DNA of 64,000 bases from positions 1 to 64,000 of IMG/VR virus record IMGVR_UViG_3300021400_001692, one strand, 5' to 3'. Under the pieces are notes generated by a model that was not told where the DNA came from, made no database searches, and worked only from the letters and a program-made list of their open reading frames with translations. Numbering within the stretch: position 1 is the first letter of the stretch; each line of letters begins with the position of its first letter. This document shows positions 16,375-25,436 of the stretch, one piece after another. The DNA comes from a virus. Taxonomy: Duplodnaviria > Caudoviricetes. The position numbers and the translations under genes were made by a program.

Positions 16375-17881
16375 TAGTTACATAGACGATTTGCTATCCG
16401 CCTACGGCGGCGGTGGCAATCCGGTGCTGGACAATCTTCGTTCCGGCCTGCACCCCGGCTCAGTCGAGCAGGCAGAGGGCGTACTCAACGGCTTGAGAGA
16501 ACGTCTTAGCCTGAATGGCCCTGCAACCGCGCCAGCTTCGGGTGGGGCTTCCACAGGATCCATACTTGATAGGACACTTCCTTCTGGAGGGTCAGCTTCT
16601 GCGCGTGCCCGTTCTGCAATTAGGGACGCCCTTTTTGCCGGAGGCGGGGGCAAGAACCCTGCTGCCGCTGCTCTTGACGCAGGCTTGCATGCGGGGACGC
16701 CATCTGAGGCGGCAGGCGCCATTAGCCGTTTGCGTGACAGGCTTGGAGGCGTAACTCCTTCCCTTGAAGAGGTTGTTCCGGAAATCGAGGGCGGACGCTC
16801 TACTTCTCTTGGCGAGCTTACGGAGAAACTTAGGCGCAGGCTTAGCCTGAATGGGCCTGCAACGGCGCCTGTTTCCGGAGGGGCTTCTACGGGAAGCATC
16901 CTCGACAGGACTTTGCCGCAGGGAGGCAAATCTTCAGACCGGGTGCTTTCCAGGATCAGGGAAGCCATCTTTGCTGGCGGCGGAGGACACAATCCTGCTG
17001 CCGAAGGCCTTGGCACCGGATTGCATGAAGGCACGCTTGCCGGGGCAAAGGGAGCGCTTTCAGATTTGAGAAGCCGGCTTGCCAGCTCCCCAATAGCTCT
17101 TGAAGAGGTGCCTGAAGTTATAGAAGGCGGGCGCTCTACTTCTCTTGGTGAGCTTACAGAAAACCTCAGGCGTAGGCTTAGCTTGAACGGGCCTGCAACT
17201 GCGCCAGTTTCAGGAGGAGCTTCCACGGGAAGCATCCTCGACAGAACCCTGCCGAACGGCGGCAACGCTTCTGCCAAAGTGCTCAACAGCATTAGGGATG
17301 CCCTTTTTGCCGGAGGCGTGAGCAAGAACCCGGCCGCTGAAGGGCTTGCGTCCGGGCTGCATGAAGGCACGCCTGCTGGAGCAAGGGAGGCGTTTGCCCG
17401 GCTGAGGGATAGGTTCGCTCAGCTTCCTATCAACTTAGAGGAAGCCCCTGTCGCAGAGGAATCCGGCACTGCAGCAGCTAGGACTCTTAAGAAAATGATT
17501 CCAAGCCTGCCCGAACCTCCGAAGGCAGCTCTCCCTGAGGCCGTAAAGGCTGTTGTTCCTGATGCGCCGGCACGCACCCTTCCTGATGTCGTAAAGGCCG
17601 TTGTTCCTGATGCGCCAGCACGCACCCTTCCGGAAGCCGTAAGAGCTGTTGCCCAGGAAGCGCCACGCACGGCCATCCCTGCGGCACCTAAAATTATAGC
17701 CCAGGCGCCTCCGGTAGTGCGCGCACCCATTCCGCCGTCCGCGCCGGTAACGGAAATAGCCAGCAGGGCTGCAGAGCCAATGTCTAACGCAATGAAGGCT
17801 CTCATTGGAGCCGGAGCCCTTGGTTCCTTGCTTGGCGGGCGGTCAGCTTGGCGTGAATGGGCGAAAAGGGCCAGGAGGTAA
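16364..17881 (+). CDS. Repeat-rich protein with C-terminal glycine-zipper anchor
   Basis: 505 aa; three 112-aa repeats, three 16-aa repeats, C-terminal LIGAGALGSLLGG plus basic tail. Confidence 0.8.
   Translation: MPLDSYIDDLLSAYGGGGNPVLDNLRSGLHPGSVEQAEGVLNGLRERLSLNGPATAPASGGASTGSILDRTLPSGGSASARARSAIRDALFAGGGGKNPAAAALDAGLHAGTPSEAAGAISRLRDRLGGVTPSLEEVVPEIEGGRSTSLGELTEKLRRRLSLNGPATAPVSGGASTGSILDRTLPQGGKSSDRVLSRIREAIFAGGGGHNPAAEGLGTGLHEGTLAGAKGALSDLRSRLASSPIALEEVPEVIEGGRSTSLGELTENLRRRLSLNGPATAPVSGGASTGSILDRTLPNGGNASAKVLNSIRDALFAGGVSKNPAAEGLASGLHEGTPAGAREAFARLRDRFAQLPINLEEAPVAEESGTAAARTLKKMIPSLPEPPKAALPEAVKAVVPDAPARTLPDVVKAVVPDAPARTLPEAVRAVAQEAPRTAIPAAPKIIAQAPPVVRAPIPPSAPVTEIASRAAEPMSNAMKALIGAGALGSLLGGRSAWREWAKRARR
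16505..17430 (+). repeat. 336-nt intragenic tandem repeat (about 3 copies)
   Basis: LSLNGPATAP codons start at 16505, 16841 and 17177. Confidence 0.9.
17531..17674 (+). repeat. 48-nt intragenic tandem repeat x3 (LPEAVKAVVPDAPART)
   Basis: Units at 17531, 17579, 17627. Confidence 0.85.
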
Positions 17882-17883
17882 CT

Positions 17884-18207
17884 ATGGGCTCCATGGCATC
17901 ATACATGGCTGACGAGTTTATGGGAGGCAAGCCCGGGCGCTTAGAAGATCTTGGTACGGGTGACGTATTCCCGCTGGGAAAGCAAGTGAAGGCGCCAAAG
18001 CTGGATAGTGCCCAGGAGATCGACGCGTTTAGGCAAACCGCTAATAAATTGGTGGCTAGCAAACCGGCGCCGACAATAGGAGCAGTTAGGCATTATAATG
18101 GTGATGAAGCAGCGCGTATTGCACGGGCCGCCTTATTAGCCCTTGCTGCAGCTGCAACATTAGGAGCGCGGTCACGCTATTCTTTAAGAAGCAAGCCTGT
18201 TAAATAA
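17884..18207 (+). CDS. Small protein with C-terminal hydrophobic helix and basic tail
   Basis: ATG 17884 after RBS AGGAGGT; ends AALLALAAAATLGARSRYSLRSKPVK. Confidence 0.7.
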   Translation: MGSMASYMADEFMGGKPGRLEDLGTGDVFPLGKQVKAPKLDSAQEIDAFRQTANKLVASKPAPTIGAVRHYNGDEAARIARAALLALAAAATLGARSRYSLRSKPVK

Positions 18208-18218
18208 ACTTGTTGATC

Positions 18219-18268
18219 TAAAAAATAAATCCGCGCGGCTTGTGTATTTGTACACCGCGCGGATTTTG
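18219..18268. terminator. Bidirectional intrinsic terminator (cassette D)
   Basis: AAATCCGCGCGG/CCGCGCGGATTT stem between convergent genes. Confidence 0.8.
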
Positions 18269-18269
18269 T

Positions 18270-18770
18270 TTAACTGGCGGTCCAGTCGGAGACGCCGTAA
18301 TTCCAGTCGCCTTCGACGGACAAGTGCGAGCCGTCCGCGAAGTCGTACTCGGAACTGTATGTGCCGAGCCTTGACTCTGACTTCGTGGGCTTGGGCTTCC
18401 GGCTCTTCAATTCCCGGAACCATTGCATTTCGTCCAGGAACGGGATCATGACATAGGTCAGCCCGGCGTCGTACAGGATGCCCCATTTTTGGGCATCAGT
18501 TGGTCCTGCCGCTTCGCTTGCGAATTTTTCGTGGCATTTCATTGTGAGGATTGCCACCTTCACAATTCGTTCTGTGTTGGGGAGGCGCCCCTCGGCCTTG
18601 ACCTCCTTGAGCATCTTGTTTAGGAGGTCAAGGCATTTCTGCCGATATCTTAGCCCCCCTTCCAGGGGCAGCCCTTGGATAAGGCGATAGACTGCCCTTT
18701 CCGGCCTGACCAGCTGATCAAGGTCGTGGGTTTCCTTTTCGATGAGTTTGAGCAGTTCGATGGTTTCCAT
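18270..18770 (-). CDS. Hypothetical protein (cassette D cargo)
   Basis: 166 aa, RBS AAAGGAG, own GGTATAAG promoter. Confidence 0.8.
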   Translation of the reverse strand: METIELLKLIEKETHDLDQLVRPERAVYRLIQGLPLEGGLRYRQKCLDLLNKMLKEVKAEGRLPNTERIVKVAILTMKCHEKFASEAAGPTDAQKWGILYDAGLTYVMIPFLDEMQWFRELKSRKPKPTKSESRLGTYSSEYDFADGSHLSVEGDWNYGVSDWTAS

Positions 18771-18886
18771 AAAGTTCTCCTTTGCCCGCTTTTCGCAGGC
18801 AGATGATTGTTAAACGAAAAAGGCGCCCCCGTTTCCAAGACGCCTTCCCAGCCAGCGGTGTCAAGGTTGGCTTTCGTTGCCACTAT

Positions 18887-18894
18887 CTTATACC
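18887..18894 (-). promoter_or_regulatory. Putative early promoter -10 (GGTATAAG), cassette D
   Basis: Conserved octamer. Confidence 0.7.
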
Positions 18895-18934
18895 AGCCGC
18901 GCCCCCTCAAATTTCACGCTGCACGCGCCCATGC

Positions 18935-18951
18935 CAGCCACGCAATATTTA
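18935..18951 (+). promoter_or_regulatory. Putative late promoter (CAGCCACGCAATATTTA)
   Basis: Motif copy divergent from cassette D promoter; followed by CGTAGCAGA as at 20847. Confidence 0.65.
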
Positions 18952-18978
18952 CGTAGCAGAAATTGACATGGAGGCGCT

Positions 18979-19638
18979 ATGGGCGCAGATTTTTACGATA
19001 TGTTTTCGCTGGAAAAACGAGCTGACTGGGATGCTCCGGAGTTCTTGCGCATGGTTGGGGAGAATCCTGCGCCGGTGGGCAGCTCGTTTTCTTTGAGCGA
19101 CTGGCTGCCAAAGGCGGATCGCAGCGGTGTTTGGGATACGTGGCTACCCAGAATACAGCATGAGCAGAACGACTTGCTGGCCACTACGGCAGCGAAGAAG
19201 CTTTGGAACGGCGCAGCCTATACGCTTGACATTCCGCGCCTGGCGCTCAAGGGCGTGCTTGGCTTAACAGACGTCATCAAGTACCCGTTCAGCCTGGCTT
19301 CCGATGCAATTACAGGTACGGGAAATGCGTTGAACAGCGCCCATGCATTGGCAGCAGGGCACGCGCCACGCGTAACAAATTTTGTTGATAACCACTGGGG
19401 TAAGCTGCTTGGCGGAGGCACACTTGGTGCTATAGGCGGTTACACCATGGTTGACCAGGCAAAGCGCAAAGCAGCGCGCCTTGCGGCCCTGAAGTCAAAT
19501 GGGCTGTCACCGCGTGCAGCGATGCGTGCCGGCGGTGCGCTGGCTGGTGCTGGAGCTCTGTATGCGCTGTTTAAGCATCACCAGCGCAAGCGTTTTCTGG
19601 AGAACGCATTAGGAGGCGACGATGCCCAGCAATCTTAG
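18979..19638 (+). CDS. Glycine-zipper protein with EKRA leader
   Basis: 219 aa, RBS GGAGG; two C-terminal GxxxG segments each followed by basic residues. Confidence 0.75.
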   Translation: MGADFYDMFSLEKRADWDAPEFLRMVGENPAPVGSSFSLSDWLPKADRSGVWDTWLPRIQHEQNDLLATTAAKKLWNGAAYTLDIPRLALKGVLGLTDVIKYPFSLASDAITGTGNALNSAHALAAGHAPRVTNFVDNHWGKLLGGGTLGAIGGYTMVDQAKRKAARLAALKSNGLSPRAAMRAGGALAGAGALYALFKHHQRKRFLENALGGDDAQQS

Positions 19639-19873
19639 GGACAGCCTGCTTACAAAGCTTTCAGCTTGGGGCGCTGGTGTTATAAAGACGATAAATAGCC
19701 AGGCAAAGCTTCCGAAATCACCAGTGAAGGGCGTTGGTTCGGCAAGCAAAACTCCTGAACTTGAAAACGTCGCATTGATGAGTGGCAGCCAGCCGAAAGT
19801 ACTGCCTAACCAATCAGCAGCAACGATTGCTGGAAGCGCTGTTGCTGGTGCGGATGCTATACCAATAAAATAG
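19622..19873 (+). CDS. Small hypothetical protein
   Basis: 83 aa, RBS AGGAGG, overlaps upstream stop. Confidence 0.55.
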   Translation: MPSNLRDSLLTKLSAWGAGVIKTINSQAKLPKSPVKGVGSASKTPELENVALMSGSQPKVLPNQSAATIAGSAVAGADAIPIK

Positions 19874-19884
19874 GATAACAATCC

Positions 19885-20250
19885 ATGCAAAACACAGAAT
19901 ACATCGGCAAGCTTCTCTTCGCGAAGGTCGCCGGGGGCATAACGGAAAAGGAATTTAAGGACGAGTTTGAGAAGACGGCCGCCAATCCGCTTTCATGGGG
20001 CAAGTTTTTCAACGGCCTCGGCATGAAAGGCGCGAACTGGGCTACAGGCGGAAACAAAGGCGACTGGATGAAAAACATGACAACCGCCTGGAACAACACC
20101 TCCGGCTTTATGAACAAGGCTAATCTTCTTGGCAATGTTGGATGGCATTGGGCCAAGCGGAATAAGGGCGCGCTTGCTTTGGGAGCTGCCGGCTTGTATG
20201 CAGGCAACAGGCTGCTCAATGGCGGCGGTGGCGGTTACGGATATAGATAA
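19885..20250 (+). CDS. Glycine-zipper protein with double K-x-A leader (AKVAG...EKTAA)
   Basis: 121 aa; leader paralogous to 20880 and 21784; Trp/Gly-rich mature part. Confidence 0.75.
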   Translation: MQNTEYIGKLLFAKVAGGITEKEFKDEFEKTAANPLSWGKFFNGLGMKGANWATGGNKGDWMKNMTTAWNNTSGFMNKANLLGNVGWHWAKRNKGALALGAAGLYAGNRLLNGGGGGYGYR

Positions 20251-20252
20251 GC

Positions 20253-20278
20253 TAAAAAAGGGGCGCAAGCCCCTTTTT
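20253..20278. terminator. Bidirectional intrinsic terminator (cassette E)
   Basis: AAAAAGGGGC-GCAA-GCCCCTTTTT. Confidence 0.85.
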
Positions 20279-20286
20279 GGTTAGGG

Positions 20287-20700
20287 TTAGCGGCGCTTTT
20301 TGCGCCCGAATTTGTCGTAGCCCTTGCTGGCTTTGTTAGGTACGTAGTACTCATTCATTGTAATAACTTCAGGATTCATGGCATCTTCGCCAGGACCGAT
20401 TACGTCATACAAAGTTACGAAGTTTGTTTTTAAGTTACGTACGTATAGGCTACTACCATCTAAGAGTACAGCTTCATCACCGGTAGAGCATCCGCGTATA
20501 CGAACTTCGCAACCCTGATTTACCCTGACATATTTCCATACTACGTATGGCAGGACAACAGGCGTGAATTTGTCTTTTTCGCGTGCGTCACGTTCTCGGT
20601 TAAGCATTGTATTCAGCTGGTAGTTCTGCTTATCCATGCTGTGCATTTTGAATAGCAGGGCAACGACGACAACTGCAAGTATGGCGATTACCACCTCCAT
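20287..20700 (-). CDS. N-terminally membrane-anchored protein (cassette E cargo), paralog of 30082..30435
   Basis: Start moved to ATG 20700 with RBS GGAGGG; MEVVIAILAVVVVALLFK anchor. Confidence 0.8.
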   Translation of the reverse strand: MEVVIAILAVVVVALLFKMHSMDKQNYQLNTMLNRERDAREKDKFTPVVLPYVVWKYVRVNQGCEVRIRGCSTGDEAVLLDGSSLYVRNLKTNFVTLYDVIGPGEDAMNPEVITMNEYYVPNKASKGYDKFGRKKRR

Positions 20701-20795
20701 ATCAGTTTTCCCTCCACAGCTATGGCGACCCCACAATGAGGCATGCCTGGGTGAAGGGTAGATTAAGCGCGGAATGATGTCCACGCATTTAAGGG
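20701..20795 (-). ncRNA. Putative structured 5' leader RNA (copy 1), RBS-sequestering
   Basis: 28-nt and 14-nt blocks identical to copy 2; compensatory stems including anti-SD CCCTTCAC:GTGGAGGG. Confidence 0.6.
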
Positions 20796-20803
20796 CTTAT
20801 ACC
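20796..20803 (-). promoter_or_regulatory. Putative early promoter -10 (GGTATAAG), cassette E
   Basis: Conserved octamer; GCGAAA 17 nt upstream of TATAAG. Confidence 0.7.
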
Positions 20804-20829
20804 AAAGATTTTTCCGTGTTTCGCGCTTT

Positions 20830-20846
20830 CAGCGTAGCAATATTTA
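20830..20846 (+). promoter_or_regulatory. Putative late promoter (CAGCGTAGCAATATTTA)
   Basis: Motif copy upstream of 20880 operon. Confidence 0.65.
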
Positions 20847-20879
20847 CGTAGCAGATATTTTTACCTATGGGGAACACTA

Positions 20880-21773
20880 ATGGATCGGTATCCAGCTACA
20901 TATGACCAGACATGCGAGTTTGCCGGGCGCATGCTGATGGCGAAGTGCGCAGGGCAGATAGATGACGGCACATTTTCGGCTGCGATGCAGGAGTTTTACG
21001 AGGTAAACCCAGGCATTTCCGAAGAACTGGAGAAGACGGCATTTTTAGGCATGCATCCAATTCGCGGCGCCCAGAACATGTGGAATAGGTTCCAGATGGG
21101 CAGGATGGCACGGAAAGCCGGTGAAATGGATAAGATGCTTACTGGGCAGACATTTACTTTTAGGCCACAGTATGGCGCGTCTAAACAGATGTCGATAGGC
21201 GATGCTGAAAAGTGGCGAGAAAATATGATCTCTAAATATCAGGGATTGCTTAATAATAAAAAAGCGCCTGACTATGCTAAAAATAAGGCTAAGTATGAAA
21301 GCGCTCTGAGATATTACCAAGGCACAGACGCCCAGATCGAAGCCGCAAAGCAGCAGTTTAGGGCTAATAATAAAATGTCCTACGACTACGTCACCGGCCA
21401 GCGAAATCAGTTCAATAGCCGTGGCGACATTTACGCGCAGCGGCTTGCACGGAACCAGAACATGCCGTTGCAGCAGATGCAGGAACAGCAGCGCATGACC
21501 GAGTCCTTGGATAGGCAGCGGCAGGCCATGAATGACCGCACTATTGCCGAGCAGGACGCCACTACGAAGAGGCTCCAGCAGGAGGCGACGGACTTCCGCA
21601 ACGGCACGCAGCCTCAGCAGCAGGGCGGCGCCATAACTCAGTGGGTGAAGAACAATCCGTGGGTAGCCATTCCGGGGGCGGCAGCCGGATTTTACACATT
21701 GAATAATTTTATTGCGAACAGGCAGCCGCAGTATCCCCAGATGCCCATGTATCCCAGGGTAATGATGTACTAG
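20880..21773 (+). CDS. Putative internal head protein with double K-x-A leader
   Basis: 297 aa; AKCAG...EKTAF leader, Gln-rich coiled coil, C-terminal hydrophobic helix and Pro/Met/Tyr tail. Confidence 0.75.
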   Translation: MDRYPATYDQTCEFAGRMLMAKCAGQIDDGTFSAAMQEFYEVNPGISEELEKTAFLGMHPIRGAQNMWNRFQMGRMARKAGEMDKMLTGQTFTFRPQYGASKQMSIGDAEKWRENMISKYQGLLNNKKAPDYAKNKAKYESALRYYQGTDAQIEAAKQQFRANNKMSYDYVTGQRNQFNSRGDIYAQRLARNQNMPLQQMQEQQRMTESLDRQRQAMNDRTIAEQDATTKRLQQEATDFRNGTQPQQQGGAITQWVKNNPWVAIPGAAAGFYTLNNFIANRQPQYPQMPMYPRVMMY

Positions 21774-21783
21774 AGGTGGTTAG

Positions 21784-22503
21784 ATGATAGACACTAGAGA
21801 ACGCCTCGGCCACCTCCTTCTGGAAAAGGTTGCCGGCGGCATGGACGAAAGCACATTCAAGGCCGTGTTCACCAAGATGGCCGCTGGCGACCCCGTTTCG
21901 CTCACCATCGGACAGTGGCTGAAGAACGGCGCGTTTTTGCACAGGCCGCTGAATGCAGTGGCCGAGTCCCTTGTTGACTATGGCGCACGCAAGGCTTTGA
22001 AGGACAAGGCTGCAGCCAGGATGGCCGGCAGGGCCACGTTTGGCGCCGGTCCTATTGGAGGGCCTGCAAGCTGGCTCGGCAAGAAATTGTTCCAATACAC
22101 CAACGCCGGCACGAGGGCCAATCTTGGTTCGCTTGGGCCGACAGCCGCGGTGCTGAACGACGCTACGTCGACCATGAATGATCTTCGCACGTCGATGTTC
22201 CGCAATTCGGAATACGGCGGGAAGAAAGCGCTCAACAGCATTCTTGGTGAAAAGGAAATCAAAGACATCGCTGATTACGTTGCTTCGAAAGAGCAGCAGA
22301 ACATGAAGTATAAGCTGATCCGCGATGCCATAATTGCAAGCGGCCTGACTGGCGGCGGGCTTTTTGCCTATCACAAGCTGCTTAGGCCACAGCTTCAGCA
22401 GCCTCAGCAGCCTCAGCAACAGCCGATGGCAATGCCGATGCCAATGCCAATGGCAATGCCGATGATGATGCCGTATCCGGCAACGGTAAAGGCGGGTAGT
22501 TAA
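21784..22503 (+). CDS. Putative internal head protein with double K-x-A leader
   Basis: 239 aa; EKVAG...TKMAA leader, C-terminal hydrophobic helix and Q/P/M low-complexity tail. Confidence 0.75.
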   Translation: MIDTRERLGHLLLEKVAGGMDESTFKAVFTKMAAGDPVSLTIGQWLKNGAFLHRPLNAVAESLVDYGARKALKDKAAARMAGRATFGAGPIGGPASWLGKKLFQYTNAGTRANLGSLGPTAAVLNDATSTMNDLRTSMFRNSEYGGKKALNSILGEKEIKDIADYVASKEQQNMKYKLIRDAIIASGLTGGGLFAYHKLLRPQLQQPQQPQQQPMAMPMPMPMAMPMMMPYPATVKAGS

Positions 22504-23082
22504 ATGGGCGTGCTTCTTCCAGATAAGAATAGCCCGATCAATGCGCTGGGCTTCCACAGGGGAAAGATGTTCTCGATGCGCAACCTGTTGCCGGCGGCCT
22601 TTATTTTCGGCATGCCGGCGTACCAGTTTGGCAGCGGGAGCGATTCGCTTGGCGGGGCTGTCGGCGACAGCGTTGCCGGATGGTATGGCTTTGGGCTTGG
22701 TGAGCGCCTCATAGACAGGCTGTATCCCGACAATCCCATGGCGAAGGCGCAGGCGCAGAACTCCATCGACCGCGGGCTGGCAGCGCTTAAGCTGCATACG
22801 CCGGGAGAGACTCCGTCCATGCTTGCCCGTGCGCTGACCAGCAAGTTTGCGCGCGGGGCGCTCCGCATGGGCACGGGCATGGTGCTTGCCGGTGCGCTTG
22901 CGGACATGGGCAAGAAAGTTGGCGACAAGGTGCTGCCGCTGCGTAGGAAGAACGCTGAGGAGCAGGCCCGTGAGCGCCAGGAGCTTGTGGAGCGCGCCAG
23001 GTATGCGCAGCGCGTGCGCGAGACGCAGCTTGAAATGTTGAAGCAGAAGTACCCAGACGCGTTCACCGGAGATTTCGCATGA
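22504..23082 (+). CDS. Glycine-zipper membrane-like protein
   Basis: 192 aa; LGGAVGDSVAGWYGFGLG and GALRMGTGMVLAGALA segments; translationally coupled. Confidence 0.7.
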   Translation: MGVLLPDKNSPINALGFHRGKMFSMRNLLPAAFIFGMPAYQFGSGSDSLGGAVGDSVAGWYGFGLGERLIDRLYPDNPMAKAQAQNSIDRGLAALKLHTPGETPSMLARALTSKFARGALRMGTGMVLAGALADMGKKVGDKVLPLRRKNAEEQARERQELVERARYAQRVRETQLEMLKQKYPDAFTGDFA

Positions 23083-23405
23083 GATGTGAAGACATAGCTG
23101 TAGCGGCCGCGCTTGTTGACGCAGGGCTTGTGAAGGTGGCGTCCGACGAGGAATTTGAAGGCTTTGTCAAGGAGGCCTCGGCAGTGCCTGGCGACGACCG
23201 CCTTGTGGCGGCTCTGGGCACGGCGATCGAAAAGACGGCTGGTGATGAGCGCCAGAAGCTGGTTGACCTGCTGCTGCAGGTTGCCAGCAAGCCGCCCGTT
23301 ATAGCGGGTACGGCAGGAGCGGCCCTTGGCCTTTACCTTGGCAATGAATCTAAACGCACGCGGGACCAGCTGGGCCTGCCATACAATTACGAATACGAGT
23401 TCTAA
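23079..23405 (+). CDS. K-x-A-rich small protein, paralog of 12983
   Basis: AALVDAGLVKVAS and ALGTAIEKTAG match the 12983 protein. Confidence 0.75.
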   Translation: MRCEDIAVAAALVDAGLVKVASDEEFEGFVKEASAVPGDDRLVAALGTAIEKTAGDERQKLVDLLLQVASKPPVIAGTAGAALGLYLGNESKRTRDQLGLPYNYEYEF

Positions 23406-23407
23406 CG

Positions 23408-25435
23408 ATGCCTACTCCTACAGTGCAGCAGTACATGCAGCCGGCTGGCCCTGGCCCGGAACAGGGCGGTCCCGTTTCCGCGGACCAGATGTTTGAACAG
23501 ACCTTTGGGGATGCCGCATTTGCGCAGCTCAGTTCGCGATATCCGCAGCTGGTGAACTACGTTGTCACGTTCAAGATTCTCGATTCGAATGTTGACGAGG
23601 GCAAGGCTTTCGGCACGTTTGTGCTGCAGGCCGGAAAAGACTGGCGGTACATCCCCGTTGTCAGGGCGGAAGGCTCCGTAAATTCCTGCGAGCTTGTCTA
23701 CGACAAGGTGAGCAACACGTTCGAGCCGCTTTCCAATGATAGCGCCCAGAAGATAGTTTCCGGCAACATGACGCTCGGCGGGCAGCTGATGAACGGCAAT
23801 GTGCGCGTAGAGGATACACGCCAGCTGTTCAAGGACATGATCCGCCCGCCGTCGTCATCCAACGTGCTGCTGGCTTCCGGGCGCGGCGTTGCTGCGTTGC
23901 CAGACAATGCCAAGGAAGTTGTCGCCTCGTGGTTCAACGAGCACCCGCAGGAGCTTGCCAAGCTCGCGCAGTTCTACGACGTGAAGGAGCTTGCCGCGAA
24001 GCTCGCTCCCTCGCATGAGAAGGTTGCAGCCGAGCCAAAGAAGATGCCGGTGCACACTGTTGACCTGAAGAGCCTTACTGCAGACGTGGCGAAAGGCTTG
24101 AGCGACGATCAGAAGGCGTGCCTGAAGAAGCAGGGCTACCTCGTTATCCGAGAGGACGAGCCTGCCGTTGCGGCGCTCCCCTATGTCGGATTTTCCGACG
24201 CCGTCGAGCGCGATTTTGCCCTTGAGCAGTACGCATTTCCTCCCTGTGCAGAGCCTCCCAGGGCTGACGACATCCGTGTGTTTGCCGCTGACGTGTTCAA
24301 GGTCAACGGCAACGAGATGTCCTCGGAGCCTGCGCTGATTACGGGCAAGTACGCCTTCTTTGCCGGAGGCTATGCACGCACCGGCGAGTTCGGCGACCTG
24401 AAGAACGTCCTTTTCAGCAATCGCAGGTTCGAGCTTAAGCCTGAGGATTTTGAACGTGCCGGCGCAGTCAGCCCCGCAGAAGCTGTCCGCCGCGGCATCG
24501 ACGGCAAGAACATCGTCGTGCTCACTCCGGTGTTTACCGGACAGTGGAAAGTGGTTTGCGAAAACTTTTGGGCGCGCGGCGCAGGCAGCATTGTCAACGG
24601 CGACGTATACATCAATACGAGCGAAGGCGAGCTGCATTTCTCCCCTGTGCTGGAGCACGGGTTTATCTGCACTGGCGATAAGAAGCTTATTCCTACCAAT
24701 GCGAAGGTGATCGCCTTTGAGATGCGCGCCGACAGCTACGTGCCGCACGGGCTTGTGCGTTCTTTTGCCGAGCTGCGCACGCTTATCGCCGGGAGGGGCA
24801 AGAGCATCAAGGTTGTGCAGAATGGCCCGACCACGAGCATTACGGACGGCGAGACCAAGAAGACGGCAAGCTTCCTGTCCAAGGCGGCTGCTGCACAGCA
24901 CCTTGCTGAAACGTATGGCATGGATAACGCGCAGGTTGCACGCGCAATGGACAGCAGCGTGACCATGCTCTTCAACAAGACGGCCTTCGAGCAGGGCATG
25001 AGCGTTCCGCTGTATCCGCAGAGCCTGCCTCCGCAGGCGCCGACGCCACCGCAGATGCCCGGCGGCAATATGCAGAACTTTGCACCAATGACGCCTGGAA
25101 TGCAGCCAGGTACGCCGGCAGCCCCGATGTTCAATCCGCAGCCAATGCAGGCTGGCATGGCCACTGGCGATCCCCAGGCGGTGGATACCGGCATCCTGGC
25201 ATCGTTTGCCCAGGATCCGGACATCAAGCAGCTTCTCGTGGACTACCTGCCTGACTTCCTCAACCTGATGGACAAGCTTGGCCGCATTATCCTGCTGCTC
25301 TGCCTGGAAAAGAAGTCGCTTGAAGAGTTCTACGGCGGAGACAAGTACAGCGACCTGCTTGGCTCGTGCAGGAAGATGCTCAAGCTGCTTGGCGACGTGG
25401 CGTCTTCGCTGCAAACGTATGTGAGCATGGCGTAG
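23408..25435 (+). CDS. Large putative virion structural/core protein
   Basis: 675 aa, highly expressed-type codon usage, internal KLAA/KVAA/KTAS/KTAF sites, Pro/Gln/Met linker; family not recognised. Confidence 0.6.
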   Translation: MPTPTVQQYMQPAGPGPEQGGPVSADQMFEQTFGDAAFAQLSSRYPQLVNYVVTFKILDSNVDEGKAFGTFVLQAGKDWRYIPVVRAEGSVNSCELVYDKVSNTFEPLSNDSAQKIVSGNMTLGGQLMNGNVRVEDTRQLFKDMIRPPSSSNVLLASGRGVAALPDNAKEVVASWFNEHPQELAKLAQFYDVKELAAKLAPSHEKVAAEPKKMPVHTVDLKSLTADVAKGLSDDQKACLKKQGYLVIREDEPAVAALPYVGFSDAVERDFALEQYAFPPCAEPPRADDIRVFAADVFKVNGNEMSSEPALITGKYAFFAGGYARTGEFGDLKNVLFSNRRFELKPEDFERAGAVSPAEAVRRGIDGKNIVVLTPVFTGQWKVVCENFWARGAGSIVNGDVYINTSEGELHFSPVLEHGFICTGDKKLIPTNAKVIAFEMRADSYVPHGLVRSFAELRTLIAGRGKSIKVVQNGPTTSITDGETKKTASFLSKAAAAQHLAETYGMDNAQVARAMDSSVTMLFNKTAFEQGMSVPLYPQSLPPQAPTPPQMPGGNMQNFAPMTPGMQPGTPAAPMFNPQPMQAGMATGDPQAVDTGILASFAQDPDIKQLLVDYLPDFLNLMDKLGRIILLLCLEKKSLEEFYGGDKYSDLLGSCRKMLKLLGDVASSLQTYVSMA

Positions 25436-25436
25436 C

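Noticed and set aside
18840-18850. Cassette D leader RNA (GGAAGG) pairing with the anti-SD of the E/F leaders as a trans-activator
   Set aside because: Only 5-6 nt of complementarity, not distinguishable from chance
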